Virus record (IMG/VR): IMGVR_UViG_3300032288_004964
Span: 124,001 to 188,000 of that record
Length of the DNA stretch: 64,000 nucleotides
Reading direction: 5' to 3' (one strand)
The translations under genes were made by a program, and so were the position numbers. Shown here piece after piece: positions 18,096-27,246 of the stretch (position 1 is the first letter of the stretch; each line of letters opens with the position of its first letter). A model generated the notes under the pieces. It made no database searches, was not told where the DNA came from, and worked only from the letters and a program-made list of their open reading frames with translations.

Positions 18096-18766
18096 AATTC
18101 TAATTTATTTTGTGGCTTTATTTTATAGTATAAAATAACAGCTAATATTAAGATGTTAGTTGCGTAATTTAGAAGTAATGGTAGGTCTAATTTATCATAA
18201 ACATAAGCTAGTGCGAATATTTCACCAAATGCCCAAAGAAGAACAAATCCCCAAGATATACCATCAGAGTGTTTATCTTTATAAGATTGCCAAGCTTGTG
18301 GAATACCACAGATTGCTAAACAGATTGATCCTAACCAACCCATTATTTCAAATATAGTCATATTTTTAGCCATACTTGCTATACCAGCTTCAGTTAGTTC
18401 ATCTTCAACTTTTTGTTCAGGAACATTATATCCATATTCTGATTCAATATGAGAAGCCAATTTACCGTATAATTCAATAAATTTAGCAGAATCTTTACTA
18501 TTAATATTAGATTTAATTTCATCTAATATTTCTGATAATTTCTCATCTTTAGATTTCTCTTTTCTAATTGTAGATATTTCTTCAATTTGATTTTTATAAA
18601 CTTCTACACCATCTTTTTCAGTTTGAACTGACATAGAGGTTGGTGTTGTAGTTTGAGACATTGCTGGTGAAGTTGCGAGAGCACCCATTAGTCCGGCTGC
18701 TGCGATTCCTCTTCTGAAATCTATTTCTTCATTAATGAAGGTTTCATATGTTTTTAATTTCTTCAT
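18092..18766 (-). CDS. CTS-tagged protein with C-terminal PQ-loop (SemiSWEET-like) membrane domain
   Basis: MKKLKTYETFINE; GIPQAWQSYKDKHSDGISWGF plus three TMs. Confidence 0.75.
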   Translation of the reverse strand: MKKLKTYETFINEEIDFRRGIAAAGLMGALATSPAMSQTTTPTSMSVQTEKDGVEVYKNQIEEISTIRKEKSKDEKLSEILDEIKSNINSKDSAKFIELYGKLASHIESEYGYNVPEQKVEDELTEAGIASMAKNMTIFEIMGWLGSICLAICGIPQAWQSYKDKHSDGISWGFVLLWAFGEIFALAYVYDKLDLPLLLNYATNILILAVILYYKIKPQNKLEL

Positions 18767-18776
18767 AGTTTATATA

Positions 18777-20063
18777 TTAAAATTTGTGTGGGAAAATATG
18801 TCTCCATTCATGTCCTTGTGGGACATCTTTAGCTTTAACGCCGAATATCTTTTTTTCTGGACAAGTGTCTTTACCATCCATTAAGAAGTTATTATTACAA
18901 GCCCAAACTTCAGCAGTTCTATTTAGAATTTGACCAACTGAGAAAGGGAATCTCATTCCTGTTTCATTTTCAATATTGGTAATTCTACCGTCAGGATTCT
19001 TTTTAACAGTAATTATTAATCTTGGATTTCTTTTATTAGTGAATACTACTTCTCTTTCATATATAGATTCTTTAATTGGTTCATCACCTATTAAATCAGC
19101 CGCTTTATTCATATTAATTTTAATATTTTCAATTCTTTTAGCTTCTTTATCATTTTCATATACTGATTTAACTAACTCAGATAATTCTTTAAGTATTTTG
19201 GCACTAGCTTTACAATTTTCAGGATCACCCTCACAAATTACTTCTAATTTATAAAACTCTCCACTGTTATACTTACATAGGTTTTTACTTAGTAAAAAAT
19301 CCTGTGATCTGGTGTCAAATCCATTTGGTTTAGTAACACACCATATTCTTATAGGAGTGTCATCAAAATCAACTTTAAATTTATCTATTTGATGACTATT
19401 ATTTCCATATATAGCATATCCGTCATCATTTCTTGTAGTAGATTTTTCTATCTTATAAGGTGAGATACCTTTTACTTTTTTTAAACGAGCTATATACTCT
19501 AAGGCAATTTTATCATCTTCAGTTAATTTCTTAGAAAGGAAGTCAAAAAGACCTTCTTCTAATAAATCAGCAGCTGGGTTTATTTCAGTTTGAATTCTTT
19601 CAATTCTTTTTCTTTCTTTATCCTCTTTATAGATTTTGTCTATTAGATGAAATAGTTTTATGCGATAAGATTCTTTAGATCTAATTCTTTCACACAAACC
19701 AGTGTCATTTCCAATAAATAATTTCCATTTATTTACACATTTTTCTTCTTTTACAAACTCGCCAGTTATGGTGTTTACTAAGTTATGTCTATCATTTGAT
19801 ATAAGCAAATCAACATCATCAAATCTAACAACATATATTACACTGTAATATTCTGATTTAACTCTATTTTCAGTAGTATCTGCGGCATTTTGCATCCAAG
19901 CAGGTAACCTCATATCTTCACTCATTATATCATGAATTTCATATGGATTTTTATCTTTAACTTTTTCAAGACGATGTGTCATATCCAATGTGATTTTATC
20001 ATCATTGGTATCTTTCTTAAAATAATCTAAGAAACCTTCATCATATCTTTTTAAGTGTTTCAT
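18777..20063 (-). CDS. CTS-tagged multidomain protein with internal tandem duplication
   Basis: Start moved to MKHLKRYDEG; EG(F/L)..(Y/F)...DDKI.L...RL.KVK...PY...AADL occurs twice. Confidence 0.7.
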   Translation of the reverse strand: MKHLKRYDEGFLDYFKKDTNDDKITLDMTHRLEKVKDKNPYEIHDIMSEDMRLPAWMQNAADTTENRVKSEYYSVIYVVRFDDVDLLISNDRHNLVNTITGEFVKEEKCVNKWKLFIGNDTGLCERIRSKESYRIKLFHLIDKIYKEDKERKRIERIQTEINPAADLLEEGLFDFLSKKLTEDDKIALEYIARLKKVKGISPYKIEKSTTRNDDGYAIYGNNSHQIDKFKVDFDDTPIRIWCVTKPNGFDTRSQDFLLSKNLCKYNSGEFYKLEVICEGDPENCKASAKILKELSELVKSVYENDKEAKRIENIKINMNKAADLIGDEPIKESIYEREVVFTNKRNPRLIITVKKNPDGRITNIENETGMRFPFSVGQILNRTAEVWACNNNFLMDGKDTCPEKKIFGVKAKDVPQGHEWRHIFPHKF

Positions 20064-20080
20064 TAAACTATATATTATTT

Positions 20081-20953
20081 TTAGAAACAAGAAAGATATC
20101 TTTCACCTCTATCACATAATATAGTTATGATATTTCCTTCCATTTCTGGATATTTTTCTAACAATCTTTCTGATGCTAAGATATTAGCACCTGAGCTAAT
20201 TCCTACAAATAAACCTTGTTCTTTAGCTAATCTTATAGCTCTTTCTTTAGCATCCTCAGTTGAGATAACCATAATATCATCAACTTCTTTTAGATCAACT
20301 AAGAATTTAGAACCATCACCAATCCCTTGAATACCATGAAGTCCTGGTTGACCACCTGACATAACTGGCGATTCCGCTGGTTCAACTGCTACAACTTTCA
20401 TTTCGTGATTATACATCTTTAAAACACGAGAAGTGCCCATAAGAGTTCCTCCAGTTCCTGTTCCATCTACAAAAGCCGCAATTCTTCCTTTACTTTGGTG
20501 TAAGATTTCAACACCTGTTCCTTTTTCATGAGCTTCTATGTTTAGTGGGTTATGAAATTGATTAGGGTTAAAGTATCCATTTTCATAAGCCATTTTATCT
20601 CTTAAAGCAATAGCATCATCAAATTTACCATCTGGTACTTCAATTAGTTCAGCACCATAAAGTCTTAACATTTGTTTTCTTTCTTCGCTCATATTAGAAG
20701 GCATAATGATTATACATTTATATCCTCTTTCAGCTGCTATGAAAGCAAATGCGATTCCAGAGTTTCCAGATGTTGCTTCAATAATTGTATCACCTTTTTT
20801 AATAAGGTTATTCTTTTCAGCGTCATTTATTATATAAGATGCCATTCTGTCCTTTATTGAACCACTTGGGTTTTGACCTTCAAACTTTGCGAATATTCTT
20901 TCAGAGATTTTTATAAGTGGTGTTTGACCAACTACAGAGGATAATTTTTCCAT
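20081..20953 (-). CDS. cysK: Cysteine synthase (O-acetylserine sulfhydrylase)
   Basis: NPSGSIKDR (PLP lysine); EATSGNSG; GTGGT; HGIQGIG; GISSGAN; DRGERYLS. Confidence 0.92.
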   Translation of the reverse strand: MEKLSSVVGQTPLIKISERIFAKFEGQNPSGSIKDRMASYIINDAEKNNLIKKGDTIIEATSGNSGIAFAFIAAERGYKCIIIMPSNMSEERKQMLRLYGAELIEVPDGKFDDAIALRDKMAYENGYFNPNQFHNPLNIEAHEKGTGVEILHQSKGRIAAFVDGTGTGGTLMGTSRVLKMYNHEMKVVAVEPAESPVMSGGQPGLHGIQGIGDGSKFLVDLKEVDDIMVISTEDAKERAIRLAKEQGLFVGISSGANILASERLLEKYPEMEGNIITILCDRGERYLSCF

Positions 20954-21061
20954 TAATATGTTTATTTTTATGTTTTATATATCTAAATTATCATAGTTTA
21001 ATCAAAAAAAATTCCATGAGTAAAAGTTAAAAGGGAAAGTCCTTTTTATAATATATAACTT

Positions 21062-21892
21062 ATGAAATGGACAGACGAAGAAATTGAAATTTTAAAAAAC
21101 AACTATGAACAAGGTGCTAATTATCTGACTTCTTTATTAGAAAGAGATAGATCTTCTATACAACATAAATTAAATAGATTGAGACTCTTTGTATCTAAAG
21201 AAACAAAGTCAAAGATATCAAAAGTGAATTCATCTAAAAGAAAATTTGATGATTCATTTTATTCAGTTTGTGATATAACAAAAAATATTAATGAATACTC
21301 AGCTTATATTTTAGGATTCCTATGGACTGATGGATTTCTTCTGAAAAATAGAAAAACTACAGGTATTACAATTATTAAAGATGATATGATTGAGATAAAT
21401 TGGATATTTAACAAGTTTGGAACTTGGTATTCTCAAGATAGAGTTAGAAAGAATAAAAGAGAGTCTAGTACCTTAACCGCATATAATCCATATCTATTAG
21501 ATAGTTTAATTTCATATGACTTTGATAAAAAATCATATATATCTCCTGAAAAGTTATTTAGTTTAATACCACAAAAGTATTTAAAATATCTAATTAGAGG
21601 TATAATAGATGGTGATGGTTGCTTCTATCTGAATACAAAGAGATATACCTATCAATTAACTATTGCTTCTACATATGAACAGGATTGGTCATTTTATATA
21701 GACTTTTTTAATAAATTAGGATTTGAATTTAAAATACAAAAGAGAATAAATAAAAAAAGTAAATCTTCTATAATAAGATTATGTCAACGCCAAAAGATAT
21801 CTGATCTTTCTAAGTGGTTATATGATGGGTATGAGTTTGATAAAATTGGACTCTCAAGAAAATACAACAAATCTATTTTATTTGATAAATAA
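21062..21892 (+). CDS. Free-standing LAGLIDADG endonuclease
   Basis: AYILGFLWTDG and YLIRGIIDGDG; N-terminal WTDEE HTH-like segment. Confidence 0.85.
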   Translation: MKWTDEEIEILKNNYEQGANYLTSLLERDRSSIQHKLNRLRLFVSKETKSKISKVNSSKRKFDDSFYSVCDITKNINEYSAYILGFLWTDGFLLKNRKTTGITIIKDDMIEINWIFNKFGTWYSQDRVRKNKRESSTLTAYNPYLLDSLISYDFDKKSYISPEKLFSLIPQKYLKYLIRGIIDGDGCFYLNTKRYTYQLTIASTYEQDWSFYIDFFNKLGFEFKIQKRINKKSKSSIIRLCQRQKISDLSKWLYDGYEFDKIGLSRKYNKSILFDK

Positions 21893-21898
21893 TATCCT

Positions 21899-21906
21899 TA
21901 TATTTG
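21899..21906 (+). promoter_or_regulatory. Bacteroidota-type -7 box
   Basis: TATATTTG 4 nt before ATG 21911. Confidence 0.6.
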
Positions 21907-21910
21907 TAAT

Positions 21911-22516
21911 ATGAATATATGGTTTACATCAGACACACATTTTGGACACACTAACATTGCTGGTCCTAAAATTTCTAATTGGTCTTCAGGATACAGAAAC
22001 TTTAACTCTGTACATGAAATGAATATGACACTTGTTGATGGTATCAACAAATATGTTAAAGAAGATGATATACTTTATCATCTTGGTGATTGGAGCTTTG
22101 GAGGATCTCAAAATATATTTCAATTCAGAAATTATCTTATATGTAAGAATATACACTTGATTTTAGGCAACCATGATCAACATATAGTTGATAAAGAGAT
22201 AAACTATCATGATACATCATTTAATCCAGTTGAACTTTTCTCATCTGTTCAAGATGTTCTAACTTTAGATATTGGTAAAACAAAACTATTTTTATCACAT
22301 TATTCACATAGAGTTTGGTTGGGTAGTCATAAGGGTGTTATACATCTTTATGGCCACTCACACGGATCTATTCCCGATTATGGAAAATCTATGGATGTTG
22401 GTGTTGATGTTGCTTTTAAGAAGTTTGGAGAATATAGACCTTTTAATATTGGCGACATCACTAATATTATGTCAAAGAGAAGTATAGAGAAAATTGATCA
22501 CCACGGAGATATGTAG
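21911..22516 (+). CDS. Calcineurin-like metallophosphoesterase
   Basis: SDTH, LGD, GNHD, SHY, GHSH. Confidence 0.9.
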   Translation: MNIWFTSDTHFGHTNIAGPKISNWSSGYRNFNSVHEMNMTLVDGINKYVKEDDILYHLGDWSFGGSQNIFQFRNYLICKNIHLILGNHDQHIVDKEINYHDTSFNPVELFSSVQDVLTLDIGKTKLFLSHYSHRVWLGSHKGVIHLYGHSHGSIPDYGKSMDVGVDVAFKKFGEYRPFNIGDITNIMSKRSIEKIDHHGDM

Positions 22517-22517
22517 T

Positions 22518-22682
22518 ATGAGAAAATTAGAATCTGAATTATCCTATTATAAAGTTTTAATTAATTCTCAGTATGGTACAAATACCAGTACAACAATGTT
22601 AGATAAAGCCTATCAACTAAGAAGAAAAATTATCACTGTAAAAAATAGAAAAAATAAAATTAAAAAGATATTTAATATATGA
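22518..22682 (+). CDS. Small protein containing family-B DNA polymerase motif B plus R-tag
   Basis: KVLINSQYG (KxxxNSxYG); C-terminal NRKNKIKKIF; start moved to ATG 22518. Confidence 0.55.
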   Translation: MRKLESELSYYKVLINSQYGTNTSTTMLDKAYQLRRKIITVKNRKNKIKKIFNI

Positions 22683-23008
22683 TAGATAGATGGGATTGTC
22701 AAAGAGTTGTTTGTATAAAAGAATATAAAACTCTTAAAATAGGTAGTCATTATGATATTAAGGGTAGAGGTAATTTAGAATTTAATGCTGATAAAGAAGT
22801 TGGTGATAAAAGAGGATATGGATATTGTGTAGAAGATGGTCTCTATGGTTCCTACTCTGGTAAAAAAGATTGGTGGAAATTACCATATGCTGAGAAAGTT
22901 AAGTGGTATTATTTTACTGAGGAAGAAATGTCTGAATATTTTATAACAGAAGAAGAAGATTATAAAGTATATTTAAGAGACGAAAAACTAAAACAATTGC
23001 TTAATTAA
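22679..23008 (+). CDS. Hypothetical protein with C-terminal R-tag
   Basis: Ends LRDEKLKQLLN. Confidence 0.7.
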   Translation: MIDRWDCQRVVCIKEYKTLKIGSHYDIKGRGNLEFNADKEVGDKRGYGYCVEDGLYGSYSGKKDWWKLPYAEKVKWYYFTEEEMSEYFITEEEDYKVYLRDEKLKQLLN

Positions 23009-23009
23009 C

Positions 23010-23882
23010 ATGAAAGATATAAAAGGATTTTGTAAATTATTTGATTTAAGTATTCCCGAACATGATGAGTTTGATTATTATATCAATCAATTTGTTCGGT
23101 TAGAAAAGTTTAAACATATTAAAGATATGATTCCTCTCTATGAGAAAGCTGAAGAGGAATTTGGTGATATTTTTGCCTTAAAAATTGAAAAGTCTAATCA
23201 GATTGTTCAATTTTTACAATCAACTCGTGCCTTAAATGAGTTAAATGATGATAATTTAATACCTGATCTTCCTACTACAAAGAGCTTTCAATATTCAGAA
23301 GATAAAAAATATATCTCTATTGATATGAGAATGGCTAATTGGCAAGTTCTTAAAAAGTATGATCCTCACTTTGAGAATGAGTTAGGAGATAGTTATATTG
23401 AACTACTTAAAAAGTTTGATGTACCTGAGGTATTTTGGAATTCTAAGCAATTTAGACAATATATCTTTGGTAATATTAATCCTAAGCGACAAGGAAAAGC
23501 TCAAAGAGTAATGATTCAAGAAATACTTGATAAGTATAGTCATTTGAATTTAGAAGTAGCTTGTATTAAGAATGATGAGGTTATTTACTCATTTGACTCA
23601 TTTGATGATATTATTCAAATTATAAATGAAATAGATAGTAAAAGGTTTAAGATTAAACTTTTCACAGTAAAAAGAGTACAAGATTTTCGAATTAATTCTT
23701 ATATGGATGAAAGTGGAAACTTTCTATATAAAGAAATGATTGGATGTAACGGAAATTCATTCTTCTTATTACTTAAACAGTATATTTTTAATGAACCTTT
23801 AGACATAAGAGACCTTTATTTTAGGATGGATGGTAATTTAGCCATTTGGAAAGTAGATGGTCTAAAATTAGAACTAAAATGA
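23010..23882 (+). CDS. Hypothetical protein, possibly polymerase-palm-like
   Basis: ISIDMRMAN and IKNDE acidic motifs; functional call weak. Confidence 0.45.
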   Translation: MKDIKGFCKLFDLSIPEHDEFDYYINQFVRLEKFKHIKDMIPLYEKAEEEFGDIFALKIEKSNQIVQFLQSTRALNELNDDNLIPDLPTTKSFQYSEDKKYISIDMRMANWQVLKKYDPHFENELGDSYIELLKKFDVPEVFWNSKQFRQYIFGNINPKRQGKAQRVMIQEILDKYSHLNLEVACIKNDEVIYSFDSFDDIIQIINEIDSKRFKIKLFTVKRVQDFRINSYMDESGNFLYKEMIGCNGNSFFLLLKQYIFNEPLDIRDLYFRMDGNLAIWKVDGLKLELK

Positions 23883-24502
23883 TAGATATTTTTGATAAGA
23901 AACCGATTGATTTGGCAAATATTATTTGTCACTCTGGTGGTGCTGAAGGCTCAGATACTGCTTGGGAGAAAATTGGTGAAAAGTTTGGTGTTAAAACAAA
24001 AGCTTACTCATATAAAACTAAGGTACATACTTCACCAAACAAAGTAGAAATATCTGATGAAGATTATAAAGAAGGTATTTCTGAAGTCAATAAGGCAAAT
24101 AAGTTTTTGAATAGATATGGAATCCATAAATATATGAATCTCTTAGCACGTAACTGGGCACAAGTTAAATATTCTAAACAAATATTTGCAATAGGAACTA
24201 TTATTAAACCAGGTGAGAAGAATTCAAAGGGTTACTACAATAAAGGTAAGTATGATATAATTGATGGTGGTACTGGATACGCTGTTCAAATGGGTATTAA
24301 TAATGAAAGAGAAGTTTTTGTTTTTGATCAAGTAAGAGATAAATGGTTTAGATGGTCTTATTCTACTCTAAAATTTGTAGAGATTAAAGATATTCCTACT
24401 ATAACTAATAATGATTTTGCCGGTATAGGAACAAGAGAATTAGAACCAAACGGGTTGAAGGCAATTCGTGATGTATATGATAAATCCATAAAAAATAAAT
24501 AA
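23879..24502 (+). CDS. SLOG-superfamily (DprA/YpsA-like Rossmannoid) protein
   Basis: HSGGAEGSD...LLARN...GGTGYAV...VFVFDQ; start moved to ATG 23879. Confidence 0.65.
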   Translation: MIDIFDKKPIDLANIICHSGGAEGSDTAWEKIGEKFGVKTKAYSYKTKVHTSPNKVEISDEDYKEGISEVNKANKFLNRYGIHKYMNLLARNWAQVKYSKQIFAIGTIIKPGEKNSKGYYNKGKYDIIDGGTGYAVQMGINNEREVFVFDQVRDKWFRWSYSTLKFVEIKDIPTITNNDFAGIGTRELEPNGLKAIRDVYDKSIKNK

Positions 24503-24506
24503 TATA

Positions 24507-24977
24507 ATGACAAAGATGATTTTAACATCAGAAGGTAAAAAGAAGCTATTAGAAGAACTACACTTTTTATCAACAACAGAAAAAACAAGAATGATAAATG
24601 AACTTGCTGATGCTAGAGATAGAGGTGGTGTTTCTGAAAACTCAGAGTATGAAATTGCTAAAGATGAATATCAAAAACTACAAGTTAAAATAGTTAATTT
24701 AGAGGAAAAAATTGCCAATTCGGTTTTGATTAGCACTGCCGGTATTGATACTGAACAAGTTTCTGTTTTATCAACTGTAAAAGTTCTTAATAAGAAAACT
24801 AATACCGAAGTTAAATTCACAATAGTTACTGAAACAGAGATTGATATTAAAGCTGGTAAAATATCCTTAAATAGTCCTATTGCGGTTGGACTGTTAGGAA
24901 AAAAAGTAGGTGAAACTGCAAAAGTTGTTATCCCTGCTGGAACACTTGAGTTTGAAATTTTAGAAATAACTGCGTAA
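24507..24977 (+). CDS. greA: Transcription elongation factor GreA-like
   Basis: LT.EG..KL.EEL; ARDRGGVSENSEY; ISL.SPIA.GLLGKKVG...P.G. Confidence 0.9.
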   Translation: MTKMILTSEGKKKLLEELHFLSTTEKTRMINELADARDRGGVSENSEYEIAKDEYQKLQVKIVNLEEKIANSVLISTAGIDTEQVSVLSTVKVLNKKTNTEVKFTIVTETEIDIKAGKISLNSPIAVGLLGKKVGETAKVVIPAGTLEFEILEITA

Positions 24978-24978
24978 T

Positions 24979-25374
24979 ATGAAGATAAGTTTTGATTTTG
25001 ACGGAACACTAGATGATGAGTTTGATGGTGGATATAACATCTCAAAGGAAGAGATTCAATCACTTGCTAAAAAATATGTTGATGAAGGAAATGATGTTTG
25101 TATCATAACTAAAAGATATGACTCTAATAATAGACATATGGGTAAAGGAAATGAACACATTATTGTTTATGACTTAGCCAAAGAATTAGGAATTACTAAA
25201 ATTTATTTCACTAACAGAGAAATGAAGTTCTCACATATTCTAAATTTAGGAATTGAAATGCACTTTGAAAACTCTGAATATGAGGTTAGTTTGATAAATC
25301 TAGCTTGTAAACAGAAGGATCATAACTGTATAGTTGTTCACGTGGAAAACCCAAATTGGAGAGAATCTTTATGA
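24979..25374 (+). CDS. HAD-superfamily protein
   Basis: ISFDFDGTL. Confidence 0.7.
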   Translation: MKISFDFDGTLDDEFDGGYNISKEEIQSLAKKYVDEGNDVCIITKRYDSNNRHMGKGNEHIIVYDLAKELGITKIYFTNREMKFSHILNLGIEMHFENSEYEVSLINLACKQKDHNCIVVHVENPNWRESL

Positions 25375-26225
25375 AGATAATTAAAGCAAAATATTCTAAG
25401 GTAGATGTTACTGATATTATAAAACAAAAAGTTGTAAATGATAGACTTGTTATTAAAGTAGATAACAACATCTGTGGTGATCCTGAAGTTGGAGTTGTTA
25501 AGTCACTAACTATTGATTATGAATTAGAAGGTAAGTTGCTAACAAAATCATGTTTGGAAAACTCTATTTTGTCAATTCCTGATTCTAAATATGACAGACT
25601 TGGTATATTTTATTCTAATAATAACAATCCTGCAACTTATAAAACAATTAATGATTCTTTAGAGTCTATTAAAATTGCTAGTGAGGGAAAAGCTGATATT
25701 TTAACCTGTGTTTGGAATTCAATTCCAACAAATCCATTTATTCAAATAATTGCACAGACTAAAACATCATCACATCTAAATCAAGTTTTACAGATACTAC
25801 AATTACTATATACCGCTAGAAATATCAATCAGTATAAATATGTTTCCTTTTTAGAACATGATTGTTTATATCCTGTTGGTGTATTTGATTACCCTGACTT
25901 TGAAGAAGGATTAATATGTAATATGAATTATATCGGAGTTTGTAAAGGTGGTTGGCAAAAAAGAAATCAAGATGATAAACCTCTATCTCAAATTACTATG
26001 AAGTTTGATGATGCTATTAAACACTTTGAATCTATTTTACCCAATGCTATTTTAACAAACTCTGGATTAGTTGAACCTCAATTAAAAATCAAAGAATGGA
26101 GAAGTGAGAATTCATCGGTTCATGTTAATCACGGTCATCATTTTACATCACATTTTAGTATTTATAGTAAGAATAATTTAATTGAAGAACACTCTTATTG
26201 GGGAAGTTGGAGAAAATATTTATAA
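25371..26225 (+). CDS. Putative glycosyltransferase (GT-A-like) with N-terminal lectin-like domain
   Basis: AKY..DVT...GDP..GVVKSL.IDY N-domain; FLEHDCLY DxD-like motif. Confidence 0.55.
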   Translation: MKIIKAKYSKVDVTDIIKQKVVNDRLVIKVDNNICGDPEVGVVKSLTIDYELEGKLLTKSCLENSILSIPDSKYDRLGIFYSNNNNPATYKTINDSLESIKIASEGKADILTCVWNSIPTNPFIQIIAQTKTSSHLNQVLQILQLLYTARNINQYKYVSFLEHDCLYPVGVFDYPDFEEGLICNMNYIGVCKGGWQKRNQDDKPLSQITMKFDDAIKHFESILPNAILTNSGLVEPQLKIKEWRSENSSVHVNHGHHFTSHFSIYSKNNLIEEHSYWGSWRKYL

Positions 26226-26255
26226 ATAGTATCTTTGAATAATAATATATAATGT

Positions 26256-26732
26256 ATGATTAAATTCAGTCATATGATAAATGAAAGTGAAAGTTATAAA
26301 TTTAAATTAGGTTTAGATTTACATGGTGTTATTGATTCAATGCCTAAAGAATTTGCATTTCTAACAAATGCTATTGTTTCTGCTGGTGGTGAAGTACACA
26401 TATTAACAGGTGGTTCTTGGACACCTGAATTGGAAAACCAAGTAAAATCATATGGTATAAAATGGACTCACAGTTTTTCAGTTTATGACCATTTGATAAA
26501 AACTGCTAAAACTGTTGGTGAAATACAATTCCCGGATGGTACTATTCAAAAGAAATTTGAGAATGGTGTTTGGGATCATGTAAAAGCTGATTATTGTAGA
26601 GAGAACGGTATATCATTGCATATAGATGATACACTAATTTACAATGATTTCTTTACTACACCATTTGCTAGATTATGGACTCATACTAATACACCAAAGG
26701 GGTCACATAAAGATGTAAGACATTTAGATTAA
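26256..26732 (+). CDS. HAD-like protein with CTS-like N-terminus
   Basis: LGLDLHGVI...ILTG...K...HIDD; starts MIKFSHMINES. Confidence 0.65.
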   Translation: MIKFSHMINESESYKFKLGLDLHGVIDSMPKEFAFLTNAIVSAGGEVHILTGGSWTPELENQVKSYGIKWTHSFSVYDHLIKTAKTVGEIQFPDGTIQKKFENGVWDHVKADYCRENGISLHIDDTLIYNDFFTTPFARLWTHTNTPKGSHKDVRHLD

Positions 26733-26733
26733 T

Positions 26734-27210
26734 ATGATTAGTAGATGGTTTGATTTTGATCCGTTTGAAAGTAAGATGAAGAAGTCTGCGGGAGTTATTA
26801 TTATATTAAATGGACAAAAGGTTCTACTTTGTCATCCAACTAACTCAAGATGGTTTGGTACTTACTCATTTCCTAAAGGTGGACTAAATAAAGGAGAAAC
26901 AGAAATAGATGCTGCTATTAGAGAATTAAGAGAAGAATCATCAATTGTTATTGATAAATCTAAAATTACAAATCCAAATAGTCCTATTATTGTTGATTAT
27001 GTCAATAAAAAAGGTGAAAAAAAGTATAAACAACTTTATTTATATACAGTTTATATAAATGATATTTCTGAAATTGGATTAGATTCTGAAATAATTCCAA
27101 AAGAAAAACTACAACTATCCGAGATTGATTGGTGTGGATTTTTACCTAAACAAGAAGCCAAACATAGAATTTTCTATAGAGTTGTTCATCTGTTAGATAT
27201 GATAAACTAA
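26734..27210 (+). CDS. Nudix hydrolase
   Basis: PKGGLNKGETEIDAAIRELREES Nudix box. Confidence 0.88.
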   Translation: MISRWFDFDPFESKMKKSAGVIIILNGQKVLLCHPTNSRWFGTYSFPKGGLNKGETEIDAAIRELREESSIVIDKSKITNPNSPIIVDYVNKKGEKKYKQLYLYTVYINDISEIGLDSEIIPKEKLQLSEIDWCGFLPKQEAKHRIFYRVVHLLDMIN

Positions 27211-27246
27211 ATACTATTTTATAGTATAATAAATAAAAATATTATT

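Noticed and set aside
21062-21892. LAGLIDADG gene as part of an intron or intein
   Set aside because: Flanking genes (cysK, phosphoesterase) are complete. It has its own promoter box and start, and no splice-junction motifs.
23010-23882. Calling this ORF a DNA polymerase
   Set aside because: Only two short acidic motifs are visible; a profile search is needed.
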